A model generated the notes under the pieces. It was not told the DNA's origin. It saw nothing but the letters and a program-made list of their open reading frames with translations, and ran no database searches. The translations under genes were made by a program, and so were the position numbers. From NCBI RefSeq assembly GCF_036971445.1, contig NC_091473.1, positions 57,288,001 through 57,352,000 on the forward strand: a DNA stretch of 64,000 nt. Direction: 5' to 3'. Below are positions 12,470-25,521 of this stretch, piece by piece (positions within the stretch are counted from its first letter, which is position 1; the number at the start of each line of letters is the position of its first letter). The stretch is from Narcine bancroftii (lineage: Eukaryota).

Positions 12470-12935
12470 TTGTTAAATGTTGGATTTAGTTCTGGTCATT
12501 CTGCTAAAGGAAGATTACTAAATTGGAAAGGGTGCAAAAAAATTCACAAGAATTTTCGCAGGACCAGAAAGCTTGAGAGACTGGAAATAAGCCAAAAGCG
12601 TTTTCCTGGAGCACAGGTTGCAGCCTGGCCTTATTGAGGTGCACAAAAATCATGATTACAACTAAATAGCCTTTTATCTCAGGGAGAGGAAAGAGATTTA
12701 AAAGCAACCTGAGAGGCAACCTTTTCACTCAAAGGGTACTGAGTTTCTGGTATAAGTTGTTAGCAGAGGTTGTAGAGGCAGAGCCATATTCAACATTTAA
12801 AAGACATTTTGTTGGGTGCATGAATAAGAAAGAATCAGAGGGATGTGAGTTATATAAAAGCAAAAGTGTCTAGCTCAGGTAGACAACTTGGTCAGCATAA
12901 ATGAAACTAAACAGCCTGCCACTGTGCTGTGCAAC
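12470..12935 (+). mobile_element. Old CR1 3' fragment
   Basis: Decayed LERVQ..FTR...RGN.FTQRV...LP..VVEA pattern and CR1 3'UTR. Similar fragments at ~18555-18800 (+) and 57180-57560 (-). Confidence 0.6.
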
Positions 12936-14044
12936 TCACAACAGTAAAGTTGAATACAACTTTAGTAATTCTTGATAGTTTGACATTTTCTTGTCAAATT
13001 GGAGAATCTTCCCCAACCCTTTCCATCATATCATCTTTCCAGCCCTACTCCCCTGCTGACTGATGAAAACTGCTAACCAAGTAAACTTAATTAATGGCTC
13101 AATTATTTCTTTTGGTTCCAAAATTATTCTGATCAGTGGCCAGACAAAGAATCAAGCTACATAGAGACTATAACAGGTTTACAGCAAAATTGAAATTGAA
13201 AAACTGCTTAGGCCATGAATATCGACCAGATTATTTCCTTTACAATAGACAAAAGAAACTACAGATGCAAGATGCAGGAACCTTGAACAAACAACAATGC
13301 TGTGGGTTAGAAATGGGGCAGTCAATGTTTTTAGGATCAAGACTGTTTTTCAGATGGGAAGGGGTGAGAGCAAATATACAAAGGTGGAGAAGGGAAAACG
13401 AGGAAGGAGCCAAAAGGTATCAGGATACTTGACAGATGAAAATTAAAGATATGGAGTAGGGAGACATTCAAAGGTGAAAACCTTCATGGGGGGGGGGGGG
13501 GGGGGGTGGAGGGGAGGATGAACAAAAAATGAGCACAGCTATGGGCAAGGAGAATGGGAACATGTGAATGACAGATTGAAGCAGTGGAACCGGATTGTAG
13601 TGGCGGGAGTGGATGGGGGGGTGTGTGGTTACCTGAAATTGTACAATTCAAGAGAGAAGCACCAAAACTTCAGATGCTGGAATCTCAAGCAGACAAATCA
13701 TAATGAAGTACACACTATATGAAAATTATGTTCAGCAGAGAAAGCAAGAAACAGCAAGTAAGAAAGTGACTTTCAAAACAAAATTATGCAAATACATGGT
13801 GCAATTTTCACAACAAAGGATACAGAACTATGAAGATTGCTGTATCAAATATCAAAGGGTCAGGGTGACTTGTTCAGTGTTGTATGACAATTACGCATTT
13901 GTTTTAATATTTGCTTCCCTCACTCTATAATTAACACCCAAAGGTGTGCCATAGAGGGAATGAGGAGTGATACAGTGAGGGCAGGGGGAGGGAGAGAGGG
14001 TACGGACAGGGGCAGGAGGAGTGGGGAGGGAAGGAGGTCGGGGG

Positions 14045-14702
14045 AGGGAGTGAGGTCAGGTGAGAGAGGGGGAGGGAGCTGGTGTTACAAAGGAGGGTGG
14101 GTTGGGGGGGTCAGATGACATGAGAAGGGCGGGCGTTNNNNNNNNNNNNNNNNNNNNNNNNNNNNNNNNNNNNNNNNNNNNNNNNNNNNNNNNNNNNNNN
14201 NNNNNNNNNNNNNNNNNNNNNNNNNNNNNNNNNNNNNNNNNNNNNNNNNNNNNNNNNNNNNNNNNNNNNNNNNNNNNNNNGGAGGAGGGAGTGAGGTCAG
14301 GTGAGAGAGGGGGAGGGAGCTGGTGTCACAAAGGAGGGTGGGTTGGGGGGGTCAGATGACATGAGAAGGGCGNNNNNNNNNNNNNNNNNNNNNNNNNNNN
14401 NNNNNNNNNNNNNNNNNNNNNNNNNNNNNNNNNNNNNNNNNNNNNNNNNNNNNNNNNNNNNNNNNNNNNNNNNNNNNNNNNNNNNNNNNNNNNNNNNNNN
14501 NNNNNNNNNNNNNNNNNNNNNNNNNNNNNNNNNNNNNNNNNNNNNNNNNNNNNNNNNNNNNNNNNNNNNNNNNNNNNNNNNNNNNNNNNNNNNNNNNNNN
14601 NNNNNNNNNNNNNNNTGAGGTCAGGTGAGAGAGGGGGAGGGAGCTGGTGTCACAAAGGAGGGTGGGTTGGGGGGGTCAGATGACATGAGAAGGGCGGGCG
14701 TT
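14045..14702. repeat. Three copies of a ~90-bp G-rich unit separated by N gaps
   Basis: Unit at ~14045-14137, 14286-14372 and 14616-14702. Gaps at 14138-14280 and 14373-14615. Confidence 0.8.
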
Positions 14703-15160
14703 CAAGGCAAGGGGCAGGGGAGGGGGGGGAGAATAATCCTGTCAGTGGCGGGTGGAGGGGGTGTGGTTGAAGGTGCACGTCGGGACGGTTTGAGGAAACA
14801 TCCGTGCTTGGGTCCGTCGCCCCACCTTGGGGTGACGCAGAAGCCCCGCCGAGGACTCCGTCTCCTCTGCCGCCTCACCACTCGCCAAAGCCTCCATGCT
14901 TGGTTCACCAGCCGCTTCACTCCGCCGGTGTCACGTCGGCACTGGCCCGGCCGCGGAACGTGGTGTCTGGGTGATGGTTCCGCCCATTAAGTTCCGCCAG
15001 CTCCTCCTTCCTCAGTCCTCTGGATCAGGGTGCCCACCTGAGAAACACCCAGTCATTGCTGCCGCCGAACTCTTTTTCTCCTCGGGTTTTGTGAGTGTTT
15101 TTGTTTCTCCATTTTGATGAATAAACCAAAATTTCGAGGTGGACGTCATCATACAAATGT
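14700..15160 (-). promoter_or_regulatory. CpG-rich promoter/first-exon region of TSEN15
   Basis: Local GC and CpG enrichment around the ATG in an otherwise CpG-poor window. CRE/E-box-like words (gtcacgtc ~14929, gacgtca ~15142). Confidence 0.6.
14826..14897 (-). CDS. TSEN15: tRNA-splicing endonuclease subunit Sen15, coding exon 1
   Basis: ATG (gcATGg) at 14897 reads MEALASGEAAEETESSAGLLRHPK, then donor GTGGGG (phase 0). The terminal HPK matches the end of the N-terminal segment of vertebrate TSEN15. It lies in a CpG-rich patch. Confidence 0.9.
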
Positions 15161-15994
15161 GTGACAAATGCTTAATAGTTTTACTTTGCTCAGAAAGGCT
15201 CACATTTTTATTCCTACATTAATTGAACATTGAATTTATCCAACCTCATGGTGCCCAAAATGCATCTTCAACCTTTAAACTTCTTTGCTAATTAGTAATT
15301 TCATATTTCCACATCCCACCTCCCCATCAACAACTATGACAATGGAGCTTGCACTTATTTGCTTTAGGTTTAGCTTTGGTTCAGTTCAGCATTTGTTTTT
15401 AACTTTATTTGTGGTTATTTGTTAAAAATAGGTGTTTGGGTTATGAATCCTACCACAGGAGATCATCAACGTTTGGATTCAAAGTGCACCTAAATGTCAA
15501 TATAGTTTCCACTTCACGCTCCCTCTTACCTGTTCCACAAAGGCTTCCGTCAGCTCAAGACTGGAGGAAGATAATTTAATTCAGTGGGTTTCAAACTGAA
15601 ACTAGACTCACATTCCCACTTTTAAGTAATCCCTAATGCTGTAAGTGCTCTGTGATCAGGTGGTATGTGAGTGGGAAGGGAAGGTAGAGAATCACTGCTC
15701 TAGATCCAATTGTTACTGAAATACTTTGAGAAAAATTGTCATTGGCCCATTTCCTTTGGAGTGATGAAACTGTGCACATAATGAATCAATTTGGAATGAT
15801 TAAAACAGTGGTTTTCAAACTTTTTCTTTCCACCCACATACCACCTTAAGTAATTCAAGTCAAGTCACCTTTATCATTCATACCATGATCGCGCGGTAAA
15901 GACGAGATAGTGTTTCTCCAAGACCATGGAGCATATTTACATAAATATAAGTTTGAAATAGAAGTTAAACACATTAAAATATTAAGACATTTTG

Positions 15995-16695
15995 TGACAG
16001 AATACACAAAAGAGTCTGGAAAAACAACCACCTGAAGAAACACACAAAGATCAGCGTGTACAAAGCCGTTGTCATATCCACGCTCCTGTTCGGCTCAGAA
16101 TCATGGGTCCTCTACTGGCATCACCTACGGCTCCTAGAACGCTTCCATCAGCGCTGTCTCCGCTCCATCCTCAACATTCATTGGAGTGACTTCATCACCA
16201 ACATCGAAGTACTCGAGCTGGCAGAGTCCGCAAGCATCGAATCCACGCTGCTGAAGACCCAACTGCTCTGGGTGGGTCACGTTTCCAGAATGGAGGACCA
16301 TCGCCTTCACAAGATCGTGTTATATGGCGAGCTCTCCACTGGCCACCAAGACAGAGGTGCAGCAAAGAAGAGGTACAAGGACTGCTTAAAGAAATCTCTT
16401 GGTGCCTGCCACATTGACCACCGCCAGTGGGCTGATATCGCCTCCAACCGTGCATCTTGGTGCCTCACAGTTCGGCGGGCAGCAACCTCCTTTGAAGAAG
16501 ACTGCAGAGCCAACCTCACTGACAAAAGACAAAGGAGGAAAAACCCAACACCCAACCCCAACCCACCAATTTTCCCTTGCAACCGTGCCTGCCTGTCACA
16601 CATCGGATTTGTCAGTCATCAACGAGCCTGCAGCAGACGTGGAGATACCCCTCCATAGGTTTTTGTCCGCGAAGCCAAGCCAAAGAAAAAGAAGA
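15995..16695 (+). mobile_element. RTE LINE 3' fragment (older subfamily)
   Basis: ORF 16056-16658 YKAVVISTLLFGSESW...LERFHQRCLRSIL, with AAGA tail. Confidence 0.9.
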
Positions 16696-17700
16696 TGTTG
16701 TGTTTTATATTGTATAGATATGATTTTGGGAGATAAAGTGTGGCAGGTTTTTTTTGGAGTAAGTCACATACAAACACTTCAAAGCAGATTTCATTTAAAA
16801 TACTGGAGTACTGCCCAAGCTAGACAGGCCAGTGCCAAGAGCCTTTGCAAAAACATTGAAGAGTGCCCAAGGAACTTCACTAATGGATTGTTGTTTTGAA
16901 AAGCAACAGATGAAAGAACTTGTCAGAGCCACAGGCTGATTGCAGTTTGCTGTTCTAAAAGGAGCATGTGGTTTTTGCAAGCAGAGAGGGAGTCAAACAG
17001 GTTTTTCTCTGAGTGAGAGAGAGGGAGAATTCAGTTAATTCAGTTCTGCAGTTTTTATAGTTCAGTAGCAGCAGCTAGGACTGAAACAGGACAAGCTGCC
17101 AAGTTTGTGGAAACCCCAATTTTGAAGACGGGTTGTGAATGCTTAGTTCAGCCTGGTTAAAGCCCTTGAGGTTCATACAAGAGGAGAGGACTGACTGCCT
17201 AAGGTTTTCACTTGAAATAAGGGAAACAAAAAGCAACTCTGTGATGACCTGAAAGAAAGAGGTTATCATCTGGAAAACCCTGATAGGACAAGTTTCTTTG
17301 GCAAGACACTGAAGTGGCTGATTACAAGGAATCAGTTGTGAGTATTCAGTGAATAATAAATCTCTCTCTGAAAACTGACAAGAACCTTCCTGAGCACCAA
17401 AGCCTGGTGAAATTCATAAATGTTAAATTCTGTGCACGGTATAAGAATTGCCTGTAAACGGTGAATTTGGAGGAATGAGAAGTGAGATTGGACTGTGAAT
17501 TAAATAACTTTCTAAACTTACACTTGCATTATATACGTGTGCTTAGTATTAGAAGGGGGTTAAGTTATAACAGTAATAAGTTAAAGTTTGATCCTGTTTT
17601 CATGTTTAAAGATAATTAAAAGCAACTTTTGTTTAAGTAACCATTTGTCTTGGTGAACATTTATTGGTGCTGGATTTTGGGGTCCTCTGGGCTTGTAACA
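16696..17700 (+). mobile_element. Probable solo LTR (~1 kb)
   Basis: TGTT...AACA termini, non-coding, ends ttttggggtcctctgggcttgtaaca. No clear TSD. Confidence 0.6.
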
Positions 17701-18458
17701 CTATTCAGTAAAAGTCCACGTTAGCCTATCCACTTATGTCTGGGAATTCAGGAGTCTGATGGTTTGGGAGAAAATCTGTTGCCCAATCTGGACATAAGGG
17801 CCTGAGTCCTGCAGTACCTCCTACTGGATGGCGGCAGAAGGGAGAACAGTTTAAATGATGGTTGTGTGGAGTCCTTCACAATGCATTGAGTGATGTAAAA
17901 GTCCTTCATGGTAGGAAGAGAGCCCCCATGATCTTTTCCACTGACTTCACAATCCTCTGCAGGAACTTGCAGCCCAACCTTCCAAACCAGGTGGTGATGC
18001 AGTTGCACAGGATGCTCTTGATACATCCTCTATAGAATGTAATGAGGATGGAAGGTGGGAGATGAACTTCGCTCAGCCTTCGCAGGAAGTAGAGGCACTT
18101 CTGGGCTTTCTTGGCTATAAAGCTGGTGTTAAGGGACCTGATGAGATTCTCCATCGAGTGCACTCCAAGGAACTTGATACTCTTGATGACCTCAATGGTG
18201 GAGCTGTAAATGGTCAGCGGAGCGTGGTTCCCCACCCCTGTCCTGAACTCAACAACCATCTCTTGATTTTTTTAAACTTTGAGATGGTTATTGGCTCTGA
18301 AGCAGTCTGTTAACAACTGCACCTCATCTCTGTATGCTGACTCATCATTCTTACCACAGTAGTGTTGTCAGCGAACTTGATTATGTGGTTCGAGTTGTGT
18401 TTAGTTGCACAGTCATGGGTCAGCAGAGTGAACAGCAGTGGGGGGCCTCTGTGCTCAC
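17701..18458 (-). mobile_element. Rex1/Babar-type LINE fragment (its 3' tail probably at 15856-15990)
   Basis: ORF 17906-18259 VVEFR...IKFLGVH...AKKAQKCLYFLRRL...FYRGCIKSIL, with KFADN upstream. Confidence 0.8.
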
Positions 18459-18849
18459 AATCTTTTTTCCTTACTAATCTCAGAGCACTTATGGCAACAG
18501 GATTGCTTAAGGTAGAATATGAGTTGAGGGGGGCATTTTGAAAACCACTGATTTAATTGATGCATACAAGATCCTGACAGGAGGTTACATTGACAGGATG
18601 AATGTGGAGAGGATGGTTCCTCTCAAGGAGGAATCTGGACCTGGGGATTAATGATTAAAAATAAGTGAAGTTAAGCATTTTTATTGGAATGTCAAAATTC
18701 TTCCTTCCTCATAGCAAGATAACGCTGACCCTCAAATATGTTTCAGGCAGAGGTGGAGAGAGTCTTGATAAGCTGAAGTGCAAAAGGCTATTGGGATAGA
18801 TTTTTTTAATTTATGAGATCTGGGAATCATTGTCAATTTATATTTTTCA

Positions 18850-21800
18850 TTATCAAATATATACTTTATTCACAATAAAATATTTATAAAAAGAAACCCA
18901 TTAAAGTCTCTTTCTACCCTTAATTTCATATTCATACATTTTCATCACTGTACATAGTTACATTCATTTTTATTTGCAACATTGCTACTGTTCATCTCGT
19001 TGTTGCCCCCCCTCCCCCCACCTCTGTTGTTTGAGATGCTTTCCCTGAGTCTCAACCCCTCAATGCCAGTGACTGTGGTCCTTCCCCACAGCACATATTC
19101 GTGCAGCCTGGAATGTGCCAGTTGGCAGCATTACCACACCAACTAATAGACCGACAAGGTTCAGGCAGAGCAAAGTGCATCAAGTTGGTCTTCCAGCAAC
19201 TCTCGTTTATGACCGTGTTCATCCCCGGAAACAGGCTGTTAATGAGAGAGTCCTCTGTCACGCTGCTGCTGGGGATGAACCATGGCAAAGACCCTTGCAT
19301 CCTTCTCCACATAATGAGTGAGTCTGCATAATGAGGTGGGTGACTGTCTCCACTCCACAGTAGACATCTCAGAGACAACATGTAGTGGGCGATGTTCTGG
19401 TCGGAGAGGAAGGATCTGATTGTGAGGGCTCCTCTCACCACCATCCAGCCAAGTCCTGGTGCTTGTTTGTAAGCACTGGCGATGACACATTCCGCCAGAT
19501 GACCTGGATGGTTTGCTCCAGGAACTACATCTCAGTGTTATGTGCTGACCACTGCCTGATGGGTTGTGATCAAAGGTGTTTGGAAAAATGTTTCCACAAA
19601 GGATAGGTGGTGCTGCAAAGTCCAACTGACTGGGACATTGTGTGGCACCGGGGCCAGACCTATCTTTTACAATACCTGGGACAGGTGGAATATTAGCGCA
19701 TAATGGCACATGGTCCCCTCATACTTTAGTTCTACACACAGCCTGATAGAGCGACGCATAAAGGTGGCCATCAGGATAAGGCCACTTTGGCTACAGCCTT
19801 GCCCCAGTTGCCTAAAGATTTGTTCATGGTAATTCTTGGGACCCTTTTCATCTTGGATCCTCCTATGAACTGGAAGATTGCTCTAGTGACTGTCAGGGCT
19901 GAGGTGCAGAGGATAGGCCACTCATGCTCCATGTACCAAGAGTACTTTGCATCTAATAACCAGGCTCTTCCCTGTTAATGAGAGAGATTACCATGCCCAC
20001 AGATTAAATTTATGGTGGATCTTTCTGATTCGGCTCTAGATCGAAAGATGATCTTGGAGGACTCTGATGTGAGCAATGTGGCTTGCCGACTACACCTTTT
20101 GGAGTTCCTGTCTGACATCCACCCCTCTCAACTGCAGAGGAGGAGTTGCTGCAGGTCAGTCTGGAATTCCCTCTGCCTCTGTCTTTCTCTTCGAACACCC
20201 GTGAGGATAAAGAACCTCTTGATGTTCTCCTTGGTCACTTCCCACCAGTTTACTCAGGAATCAAAGAAAGGCTTCATGTTTCTCCAACTAGTGTGCTCCT
20301 TCTTTAATTCCTCTATGTCTTCTGGGGTGAGCAGATTTACATTCAGCTTCCACTTTTGCCTGCTCATTTTCTGGTCCTCCTATAGATGACAGGGTTTTGG
20401 GATGTGGTGGGAGGGGTTGGTGAAGGAGGCAGTGAACAGAGAAGAATACTGTCACAACGTCAATGGTTCTGATATGAAGAATAAGTCTCTCTGAGATTAG
20501 ATTGAGCTGTTTGATCTCGACCAGGTGGCCTGCGGCTGTGCGTCCTTTACCCTCTCCATCTGGAGGAGCTGTCCAGTCTGTTGTCAACACTGCTGAATTG
20601 TCCCTCTGCATTGATGATGCAGTTGAAGTCATCAATTAGAACGACTGGCCTGGATGTCGCCAGCAAAGGTGGGAGCTGCTGGAAGACACCTAGCCTCTTG
20701 CTCTGCATGGGTGAGGTGTACATATGTATTGATCAGTTGGAGCTGGGTGTTGTGGTATGTTAGATCCACCATGAGGAGATTCCACCCCCATCCCCAACCA
20801 CCTCCTTAATCTCAGTGATTAAAAAGTTGCCTTCCCTCAGCAAGATACCCAGACCGGAGGCACGACTATCATTCCTCCCAGACCATATAGACAACCCTTT
20901 GGGACACCATTGTGACCACCTCTGATAGTTCCTGAGGTGTGGCTGCCCACTCTCTTGTATGAAAGTCACATCTGCCTTGACGTTGGTAAGGTATTCCAAG
21001 GCCATTACACATCACATAGTCCGTTTGACTCTGTGCACATTGAGGGTTGCTATTTTAATCTCCATTGTTGTTTACTGGAATCTCCAGTTTGCAGTCCTTA
21101 TAGTCTATTGGCAATCTGCCTGAGCCCTCTTCCCCACCGCTTTGGTGAACTGCAGAACTGATTTTAGGTTTGGGAATGGAAGTATTTTACCTATGGGAAT
21201 GAGGTCTCCGAAGATGAAACTGGTGGTTTTTCTGGAGGAACATCCAGCTGTGCTTCTGCTTCTCCGTCTCTTGGCTAGCTTATATTCTCTTTCTCCCAGT
21301 GCTGGGGTAGGGGTGGTGGTGGGAGGTGGGAGGGGGGTGGTGATGGACTCTGCACTTCTCATTCTCCAAGATTTGGGGGTGGGGGGATTTTCACTGTTTC
21401 TGGTCTCCCAGAGCTGGGGGGTTACTGAGTGCTGTACATCCCATTCTCTCCTTTCTTTCCCCTCCATCTTGGTACTTCCTCTGCCTTTGTCCATCACTCA
21501 TGCTGGCTTCATCCTTTTACAAAGAGAGGTTTCTGGCCGCTGTTTACACCTTGACCCTTTTCTTCTAACTGCTTGTAAGCTTAGTTGCCATTTCCTTCCA
21601 TGGGCTTTTCTTTCCTTTCTTCACTGTGCAATTTCTCCTGCACAGCTCCCTTCCTCACTGATTTTTGCCTCCTTGTGAGGGGCCTCCAGCTGCGTGGCTG
21701 GGGTCAGATGTGCTTGGGGTCTGTTCCCTGCCCCTGGTCTCAGTGACTCCCAGGGTCTCTGTTGCTGGAGGTGGTGATGTTGGCTATTTCCCTTTTTATT

Positions 21801-22560
21801 GCTGGTACGCAGGTGGTGACACGTTTTGGGCAGGCTCTGTAGAGGTGATCTGCTTCCCCACACAAGTTGAAGCTATTGCTCTCTGTGCAGTCCTTTGTCT
21901 GGTGGCTTTCGTGCTTGCAGACCTTGCAGATGGCTGTGCTACATTGGGGCACCACATGTCCAGGGTTGTTCCAGTTCCTGGAAAGCTGGGATGTTCAGTG
22001 AAGACAAAGTACCCACAGTTCTCTCCAATGGTGAACATTGAGCAGGGGTTGATGATGGTCTCTTTGATGTCCTCTCTCAGCTTCACCTTAATTTGCTGTT
22101 TGCTGGACCAGTTTCCAAACCTGTCTTTGACATCAACACAGGTCCCTGTCCCCTCGACGTAATGGCCCAGGAATGTGAGCACATTCGCAATAGGCAGCTG
22201 TGGGTTAAACATGTCTACCATTATCACTCATTCCTTTTGTGATGGAAGCGTGAAGAGTAGCTGTACCTTGAATAACTAGAGTGCAGCCACATTCCATTTT
22301 TCTTATCAGTCCTGGAGTTTTGTCTGCCATCCAACGGGGGTCTTGAATGTTACATAAAGGTGAATGTTATACATGTTGCCCTGGAGGCAGTTGACATCCT
22401 TTGCTTCAAATTTTCAGCGGTCCATCAAGACCTTCCGGATGAAGAGGTCCCAAAGAATGGGGAACCTTCACTCAGATCCTTCACTGAGCCCTGACAGAGT
22501 TCCAAATTCTTTGTCCTCCCAAGGATTTTTCAGTCACAGCCATCCTCGTGATAGATAGAG
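18850..22560 (-). mobile_element. Tx1-clade LINE, decayed and internally deleted
   Basis: ORF1 with gag-type knuckles (CKVCKHESHQTKDC, NLCGEADHLYRAC). APE endonuclease pieces (ADVTFIQES..., IWSG.NDSRASGLGILL) and C-terminal zinc-binding region (VVRGALTIRSFL...). Confidence 0.8.
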
Positions 22561-22974
22561 GTGGGCTTAGATATATAACCAGTATTTCAGGCCTGAGTAC
22601 TTCATCAATGTATTCCCCATCCCTAAATGCCCTCAAGAAAGTGGTGACAAGCAGCCTCCTAGAAGTGCAACCATCCTTCTGGTGAAGGTACAACAGTGCA
22701 TTTGGGTTTGGAGTTCTAGATTTCAGTTCCTGTAACAATTCAAGTTCAAGTTTATTGCCATCTGATTGAACATATGCAACCAGATAAAACAGTGTTTCTC
22801 CAGACCATGGTGCACACATAATACATTGAATGAATGAATGAAATTAATGCTTCTGTATTCTTTAAGTTTGGATGATGAGCCACTTGAAGGGAGATGTGCA
22901 GATGCTGGTGTTCCCATTAACCTACACCTTTTATCCTTATTGGTGGCAGAGATCACAGTTTGAGAGCTTAAATA

Positions 22975-25225
22975 CAGCGACATGGAACTGTTCTAATTTG
23001 CCTACCGCAGCAGTGGGTCTGCAGCAGTTGCCACCTCACTAGCTCTACACAAAGGTCTGTAAATCTGGACAGCAAAGAATCATACATCAGGATGATATTT
23101 GTTGACTAAAGTTCAGCATTCAATACCATCATCCACTCAAAACTGATCAGCAAACTCCAAGACCTGGGCCTCAATGCCCCACTGTGTAATTGACTCCTGG
23201 ATTTCCTCACCTCCAGACCACGATCAGTGAGAATTGGCAATAGCATCTCCTCCACAATCTCCCTCAGAAGTGGAACATCACAGGGATCCATTCTTAGCCA
23301 TGTGATCTACTCACTTTATACCTGTGACTGTGTGGCTCAGTTACGACGTAACAGGATCCACAAATTTGCTGATGATGCCACCGTAGTGGGTTGTACAAAA
23401 AAGGGTGATAAGTCAGCAAAGAGGAAAGAGATTGAAAACTTGGCTGAATGGTATACTATCAACAACCCTGCGCTCATTGTCACCAAAACAAGGAGCTGAT
23501 TGTGGACTTTAGGAGGGGAAAACCAGAGGTGTACAGTCCAGTGATCTTTGTGGGATCAAACATAGAAAACAGATGCAGGAGTCGGCCATTTTGCACTTCA
23601 AGCCTACACTGCCATTCACTATGATCATGGCTGATCAGTACCCAGTTTCTGTCTTCTCCCCATATCCCTTGATCCCCTTAGTCACAAGGGCCAAATCTAA
23701 CCTACTCTTAAATATTGACAAGGAACCAGCCTCAACTACTTCCTGTGGCAAATAATTCCACAGATCTACCACCCTCGGTGAGAAGAAATTTTTTCTCATC
23801 TCAGTCCTAAAAAAACTTCCCCCTTTTCCTTGAACTGTGACCCCTGGTTCTGGTTTTTCCCAGCATTGGAAACAACTTTCCTGCGTCTAGTCTGTCTAAT
23901 TCCTTAAGAATTTTATATATTTCTATAAGATGCTCCCTCAATCTTCTAAATTCCAGCGAATACAAGCCTAGTCTATCCAACCTTTCTTCATATCCAAGTC
24001 CTTCCAACCCTGGTATCATTCTAGTGAATCTTCTCTGCACCCCTTCCATGGTGAGGACGTCCTTCCTCACCATAAGGAGACCAAAACTGCATGCAGTACC
24101 CCAGGTGTGGTCTCACCAAGGCCCTGTACAGCTGCAGCAGGGTCTCTGTACTCCTGTACTCAAATCCTCTCACTATAAACGCCAACGTAGCATTTGCCTT
24201 CCTCACCGCCTGCTGCACCTGCATGCCCACTTTCAATGTCTGATGCACAGCAACACCCAAGTCTCTCTGCAACTCCCCTTTTCCTAAACAGATAGCATTT
24301 ATATAATAGTCCTCTTCCCTTTTCTTAACTCCAACGTGGATAGCGTCGCATTTATCCACATTATACTGCATCTGCCACGTCTTGGCCCACTCGCCTAACT
24401 TGTCCAAATCACTCTGCACCCTCCTAGCGTCTTCGACACGGCCAACCCCATACTGAACTTTGTGAATGTCGTCTGCAAATTTTGAGATATTGCTATCTAT
24501 ACCCACATCTAAGTCGTTGATATATATGAACAGGGTGAGCAAATTTAAATTCCTGTAAGCCACTATTTTGAAGGATTTTTCCTGGACTCAACACATGACT
24601 TGTCATCATGAAGAAAGTACTTCAGCACTTTGTTATTTTCTCAGGGGTTTGTGGAGGTTTGGTATGACATCAAAAACCTTGGTAATCCTCTACAGAAAAA
24701 GTGTAGTGGAAAGTATGCTGACCTGGTGTGGGGACACCATTACCTTTGAGTAGAAAGCCCTCAAAAGGCAGTGAACACAGCCCAGTACATCACAGGCAAA
24801 ACTCTCCCCACCATTAACAAATACATGCAATGCTACCATTGGAGAGTGGCAGCAATCATCAAGGAACCACACCACCCAGGACATGCGCTGTTGTCGCTGC
24901 TGCCATCAGGAAAGAGATATTGGGGCCACAAGACTCGCACCACCAGGTTCAGGAACAGCTGTTACCCCTCCACCATCAGACTCCTCAACAACAGACTCAA
25001 TCAGGGACTCATTTATGTGCATTATTGAATATTTATTTTCTGTATTCCACAGTCAGTGAGTTTACACTTTCTTCTTTGGTTACATTTCTCCCTACGTATC
25101 TTTTCTTTAGTGTAGGTTTTGCACTACTGATAAGCAGAAATTGCACCTGGCCCACAGGATCAAGAATCTCAGGGTTGTATGCGATGGTTATGTATATACC
25201 CTGACAATTAATCTGATCTTTGAAC
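22975..25225 (+). mobile_element. Rex1/Babar-type LINE interrupted by a CR1
   Basis: QFAYR, D.SSAFNTI, G.SQG.ILS, KFADD at 22985-23555. Resumes at ~24532 with RVSKFKFL...TRTTRFRNS and 3'UTR. Confidence 0.8.
23558..24531 (-). mobile_element. CR1 LINE 3' portion
   Basis: LFIYINDLD...SKFADD...WQMQYNVDKC...LYRALVRPHL.YC.QFWSP, with ctatgtt-type tail. Confidence 0.9.
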
Positions 25226-25521
25226 TTAATTGAATGCCAATTGTATGAGCTGCTTTGACCTGGATAGTAATAAAAACACAGATGCTGGAGGAACTGAGCC
25301 AGTCTCACAGCGTCCGTAGGAGGTAAATATATGTTAATGACTTTTTGGGCTGAAGTCCTTCCTCAAAGTATGAGCTTTTTGACAATTCTTGTTTCATTCA
25401 CTCTGGACGGGTTGAGACCGTTCTCTGGCTTGCATCTTGCAGATGGTAAACATGCCTTGGGCTATCAAGGCAAGAATCACTCTCCATAGGATAACAAGCC
25501 TCTGATCAATAATGTAGCCAT

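Larger units (their letters stand above)
15582..18550. mobile_element. hAT (Charlie-like) MITE split by nested insertions
   Basis: TIRs cagtgg(g)tttcaaa ... ttgaaaaccactg, 8-bp TSD atttaatt (15574-15581 / 18551-18558). MITE halves at 15582-15855 and ~18465-18550. Same family as 32870-33234. Confidence 0.85.

Noticed and set aside
14702-14920. 72-aa Arg-rich ORF in the ORF track over the TSEN15 first exon
   Set aside because: Wrong frame and non-ATG start. The frame from ATG 14897 splices in phase to the TSEN15 exon 2.
21600-22560. ZCCHC3-like zinc-knuckle protein
   Set aside because: Frameshifted, intronless, and followed by APE/RT remnants, so it is Tx1 ORF1.
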